A DNA stretch of 64,000 nt, taken from positions 130,198 through 194,197 of the forward strand of contig NMRA01000598.1 in NCBI GenBank assembly GCA_002633005.1, given 5' to 3'. Below are positions 59,361-64,000 of the stretch, in pieces. The notes beneath the pieces were generated by a model. That model worked only from the letters and a program-made list of their open reading frames with translations, did no database searches and had not been told where the DNA came from. Every line of letters starts with the position of its first letter. The first letter of the stretch is position 1. This DNA is from Phoronis australis (lineage: Eukaryota; Animalia; Phoronida). The position numbers were made by a program, and so were the translations under genes.

Positions 59361-62300
59361 TTCTCTAAAATGTCGTTTGCACTGCATTTTCTCTTCGGCT
59401 CGCTGTCGGCTGTCGGTTTCGAAAACAGACGATCTTCAACTTGACATTGTTTAAATTGCTTAAAACTACCTCTAACAAGTGACTACATTGTCAGCAGCAC
59501 CTTCCCTTATCGCACTGAATATCACAATCGTGACTTCTATATCCAAAAACGAGAAAATAGGATAAAAGCGACTTCAATTGAAAGTTTCGTAGCTTCAGGG
59601 ACACGAGTACCAAGCGCCAGTGTGTTGTCTCCACCAACACGCGAGTTTCTTATACAGACATATGCCATGTCCGCGCTTTTCCGTTGTTATGAAAACGTGA
59701 AAAGAGCCATAGCGTGATCAAATACTAATTTGTCTTAACCACCACAAACGCAACGCCTCGCCACTCCTTACTATACCGTAATCCGAGAGAAAACAAGCAG
59801 CAATATCTGACGACTTTTCACACTAAACACACTGCAGGATGACTAGCGTGTGATTGGTTGTTTCGATTTTGTGTAGTATGTATCGACCAATAAATGTTCA
59901 AGATCAGCTAATTAACATTTCGTCAGTTAGTGTTTTCGGGTGTTCTAATTTAGAAGCTGATCGACTGGTGGGCATTTTGGATGTTTTTAGCATGAAATTG
60001 GTGATTTTAAGCACTTTAAGGACATTATATTGTGAAAAGTATCAGCAATGCTTGTTCCTCAATAGTTCACAATGATGATAGTCTGATAGTAGTAATTTTT
60101 CATTATTTAGACCAAAACTCTAATTTTAAGCCTACTGCGTAACATTCGGTCTTAGCTCAGATCCACTTCTGTCTTAATTTTGGTCTTAAGGAATTTCATG
60201 CAATAGGGATAAGACATTTTGGTCTTTAGTTAGATTTTTGTCTAAATTAAGAAAGAAAAAGTTTCATGAAATAAGACAAAGGAGAGCTTGAGGTTGTTAC
60301 ATTGCAGCAATTTAAAGGAAACCGAGCAGGAAGGATCTGGAACCCTTCGGCCACCTTCGGGATCTACGTATGTGACAGCTTGGTCGTAATTTACGTAGTA
60401 CAAATCTGCGTGTTTAGACAAGTATCTACTGAGCTATAGATGTGAACATGGGGGCATATATTCTGAATGTAGCAAGCCTTTAGAATTTGATTTTTACTAA
60501 TGTGACATTAATTGGGTCACGTGATCATATTTTAAGTAAAATTTAGCAAAATACAAACATACTTTGATAGCAAAACAACGATTTTAATAGCAGTTTAGGC
60601 GATATAAATGTTCAAGACAATCTCTTCAAAACGTTCAAAACTGCCTAACCGTCACAAACAATGGAGACAGATAGCTAAAAATAAGTGTCCTTGCCTTGAC
60701 ACAGTTCCGGCAAAATCAGGATGGAAACAAAGAAAATCTGAGAGATTTAACTCGCGTGACAAGCTCATGTTGACAACAAACAGACAGAAATCGTCATCCT
60801 TCGCGTGACTAGCTGTTCGAGCATTGTCTTCAAAGATCAAAGATGCAATGGCCGGGAATTATGTAATAAAACCTTCAAGAGACATATGCGACCATAATAA
60901 TGCATGAATAAAATTCACAAAGTTAAACATAATTACACAAAATTTATCTCAGGCAACCACACCTTTTCATCATAAATACTCGCGAGAATTTGTGTTTCTT
61001 TTGCTTTTATTTTAAAAATCTACGGAAAATGTGAGCCAGCGTACTGATACAGTTCAGAATATTACGTCATCTCGGTTCTAATCCTCTCACTTTTGTATGG
61101 AAAATTGAATTGCACTAGGTCAAAATATAAAACTCGAAAACTACCAGTTAATCTTTGTTTTTGAAAAAATGTGGTTAAGATCGATGTTAATGCGCTAATA
61201 CTGTATCGTTCACACATGCCGTGACACGAGTTTCCGATCTTGACAGTTGCGCTCGTTGAATTTTGCCGGTTTGCACAGTTCCCCTACAAGAAAATAGGCT
61301 TCCGAAAGTTTGTCTCCTGTTTTGAGTAGTTGTTAGGGATGTGACGTAATCAGTTCTATTCCATATAGCCGTAGATCATCTTGCTGAACCACAGCTGAGA
61401 TGATCAGATCTTTTGGTTGAATTTCTTCAATTAAAGCACACTTATCTCAAGACCACATGTACACGAGGTATCAAGGTATATTGAAATTAAGCGAGTGGGT
61501 ATTATATCAACTCTTAAACACGTGTACAAGATGATACTCATTGGTTTCCGAAAGGCCGGAAATACTCCTTAAACGGAACAGAACGAGAGAATTTTTTATC
61601 AGTAATTACCATGTAAGTAAGGCGTTGATATGCAAAAACAAAAAGTTGGCAAAAGCGGGACACAGATTTTAAACTTTTTTTTCTCACCTGTGCAAAAGCG
61701 AGTACACGCTCTAACAAGAAAAAGTGAAGCGGGCACGCAGATGACGTTCGGCATTTTTTTGGTCGCAATTGCCGATAACCACGTGTCCGACACATGGCGA
61801 TAAGCGTTCTCCGCGACCCAGTGTTCTGAGAAGTCACGCGTCCTCTTGGTAATTATCATTTAAACATTCGAATTAACCGCGATAAAACTCTGGCGAGGTG
61901 TGGGCGCTCTGGTCACATATGAAGTACACATACACGATGTGCAAAGGATTTCCCTTACCGTAAGGCTAGTTGCATACGCGAAAGTTAGATCGGCGCTCTC
62001 TAACCGACACGTGTCTAAGTACGCAATTTCAAAGAAGACAAAATGTATGTTGAAAAATGCCCGCTAAAATTCTAGGAATGACCTACCGTAAGAATGTCAT
62101 TAAAGTCGTTGAATATGGAAATGACATAAATCTAAACGCAAACTTCCTCCATTTGTTTGCGCTGTTTTTACAACTCGAACGATTGAAAAAATTCCTGTCT
62201 AAAACTTCCGCGAGGCATTGTATGCTAAGGCCGAATGACAAATTGATGCGCGAGAATGATGTAGTGCAAGTTTCGCAAGAAGAAAATCTTTTTTCTGATG

Positions 62301-63869
62301 TATGTTGCGAATTCAATAACTAATTTTGCATTAAACAAAGTGTACTTCGACTTCGTGCAGAATTCCATAATTGAGTGGTTCGACTTTGGTGCTTTGGCAC
62401 TGTTTACATGCTCTAGATATGGAAAAAATAGGTCAGTGAAAAATATCACGTGCGGAACATTTTTACTTCGGCTTGAAATGTGAACAGGGTCGGGATTTGG
62501 GTCTTAAAACAGCGAGGAAATAACGGTTCTTTTGAAGAATAATTTGTTGTGTAGTGTGAGAAGCTATGATTGTCTTGAGACCAGGTAAGCGTCAATTTCA
62601 ATAAATCAGCCATTCTTGCAACATGCGTTGTAGAAGACACTACCAACTCGATGTACCCAGCGACCAACCCTCTGGTGGACTCCTTAAATTGCGAATAAAG
62701 CAATCAAAATGAGAGTGGAAAAAATACAAGAAGAAAATCACCTTCAAAGTTTTTTTTTCGTTTTTCCTGAGGTCGTCCGTTTTTACGATTCGAAAACCGG
62801 GAATACGACTGGCAAATAGGCAAATATACCGTCACTCGTATTTTTGAGCGGGAATTTTCGCCAGGGTCGAGCGCTGCTGTGCATAACGCAGTATAGTAAG
62901 TCGTTTACATGACACGTTTGATTGGGACCTTGGACAATACTGTATATGTATTTGTTGCATCGCTGCCGTGGATGGAGCATGAACTTATTTGACAAAGACA
63001 CGCCGGACACTTAACAAACAATATGTTTAGAGTTTGTTGACAAATTAATGTAATATCAGCTCATATATGTAAATACATTCAGCGTCTAAGCGCTCATTGC
63101 AACTAATGGAATAACACTTCAGTCATTACAAAATTAAACTGAAAGTAAAAAATGTTAGCAGTAGCGTAAACAAATTTTAATGCTTGCTTACGAAAAAATA
63201 AAAATATTTTCAGAAATAATTATTCTCTTTTGTAAAATAAACTTACCAATGATGTAGTTTTGGTAAAACAACTTCAGAGGAAGGTTCTACAAAATAATAT
63301 CAAATAAAGCAGGTATTAAAAAATGGCCTTGAAGTTTCAGTGTAAATTAGACGGTTAATCAAAATACAACGAGAAACTCGACATTTTAAGACCTGCAATG
63401 GACGAAAACAACAATCAAGATAGATTAAGAAAGAGAGGGATAACTTCAAATTTTACAACATTGGAAAACGACAAATAAGAAACCGTGTAAATACCTGAAT
63501 TTCATTTGTTTAAGTTTTTTTTCGAGTTGAAAGTTTAGAGAAGAAGATTTCTAAAAGCTGAGTTAGAGATATTGCAGTTAACACACCGAAAAAATACTGA
63601 TCCTTAGCTCGGAAAAAGTTCACCTTTTGTGTAGACAGAGGAGAATGGAGCAGCTGCGTCTGTACCCCCTGGTTTTTAATACTTTCGGGAAAATGTTTAT
63701 CTGTACTAATAATGATATGATGGCCTTCTTGTGCTAATAACTATATCATGAAGAGGCAAATTTATTGGTTCAGATGGACTAATTATTTCTAATAACCATA
63801 ACGATCTCAATTTATTTGCTAATAATTGTGATCTGTACGGGTGAATTCGTCGATGTGCTGATAACCAAG

Positions 63870-64000
63870 ACGGTCATGCTAATAATTGACAGACTTCTGG
63901 ACAAGGAGATGAACACAACAATCGTCTTTTCTGGACCTTTCAAAATCCTTTGACACAGTATACCACGATATCTTTCATTTTACGGTTGAGTGGAACATTT
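63870..64000 (+). mobile_element. Non-LTR retrotransposon (CR1/L2-like) reverse-transcriptase relic
   Basis: 63928-63972 encodes FLDLSKSFDTVYHDI, matching the FLDLSKAFDTVxH RT motif; frameshifted on both sides. Confidence 0.75.

Noticed and set aside
60600-62700. Several 60-100-aa ORFs on both strands
   Set aside because: No recognisable motifs, no consistent splice structure, and lengths expected by chance.

Overview
Intron-rich animal (probably marine invertebrate) genomic DNA, so most entries in the supplied ORF track are spurious. All exon models below were read by hand from GT-AG sites and phase continuity. (1) 24-21270 (+) is a carnitine O-palmitoyltransferase 1 (CPT1) gene lacking only its first coding exon(s). 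It has a 26-nt microexon carrying the catalytic His, followed by three paralogous, probably mutually exclusive 'ADAPIM..LWE' exons. One donor site is triplicated in frame by a 54-bp tandem repeat. (2) About 26800-58670 (-) holds three ~7.3-kb tandem duplicates, each an intact gene for a secreted protein: signal peptide, group-A SRCR, TSP1 x1-2 and chitin-binding type-2 (CBM14)-like x1-4. The copies differ in domain number through exon decay, exon deletion and intra-exon repeat expansion, and their CBM14-like domains have a rewired cysteine pattern. (3) The window also contains many MITEs (some confirmed by empty paralogous sites), SINE/LINE relics, simple repeats and a possible decayed + strand gene at ~34150-39200. 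No expression data were available, so all splicing claims are inferences.
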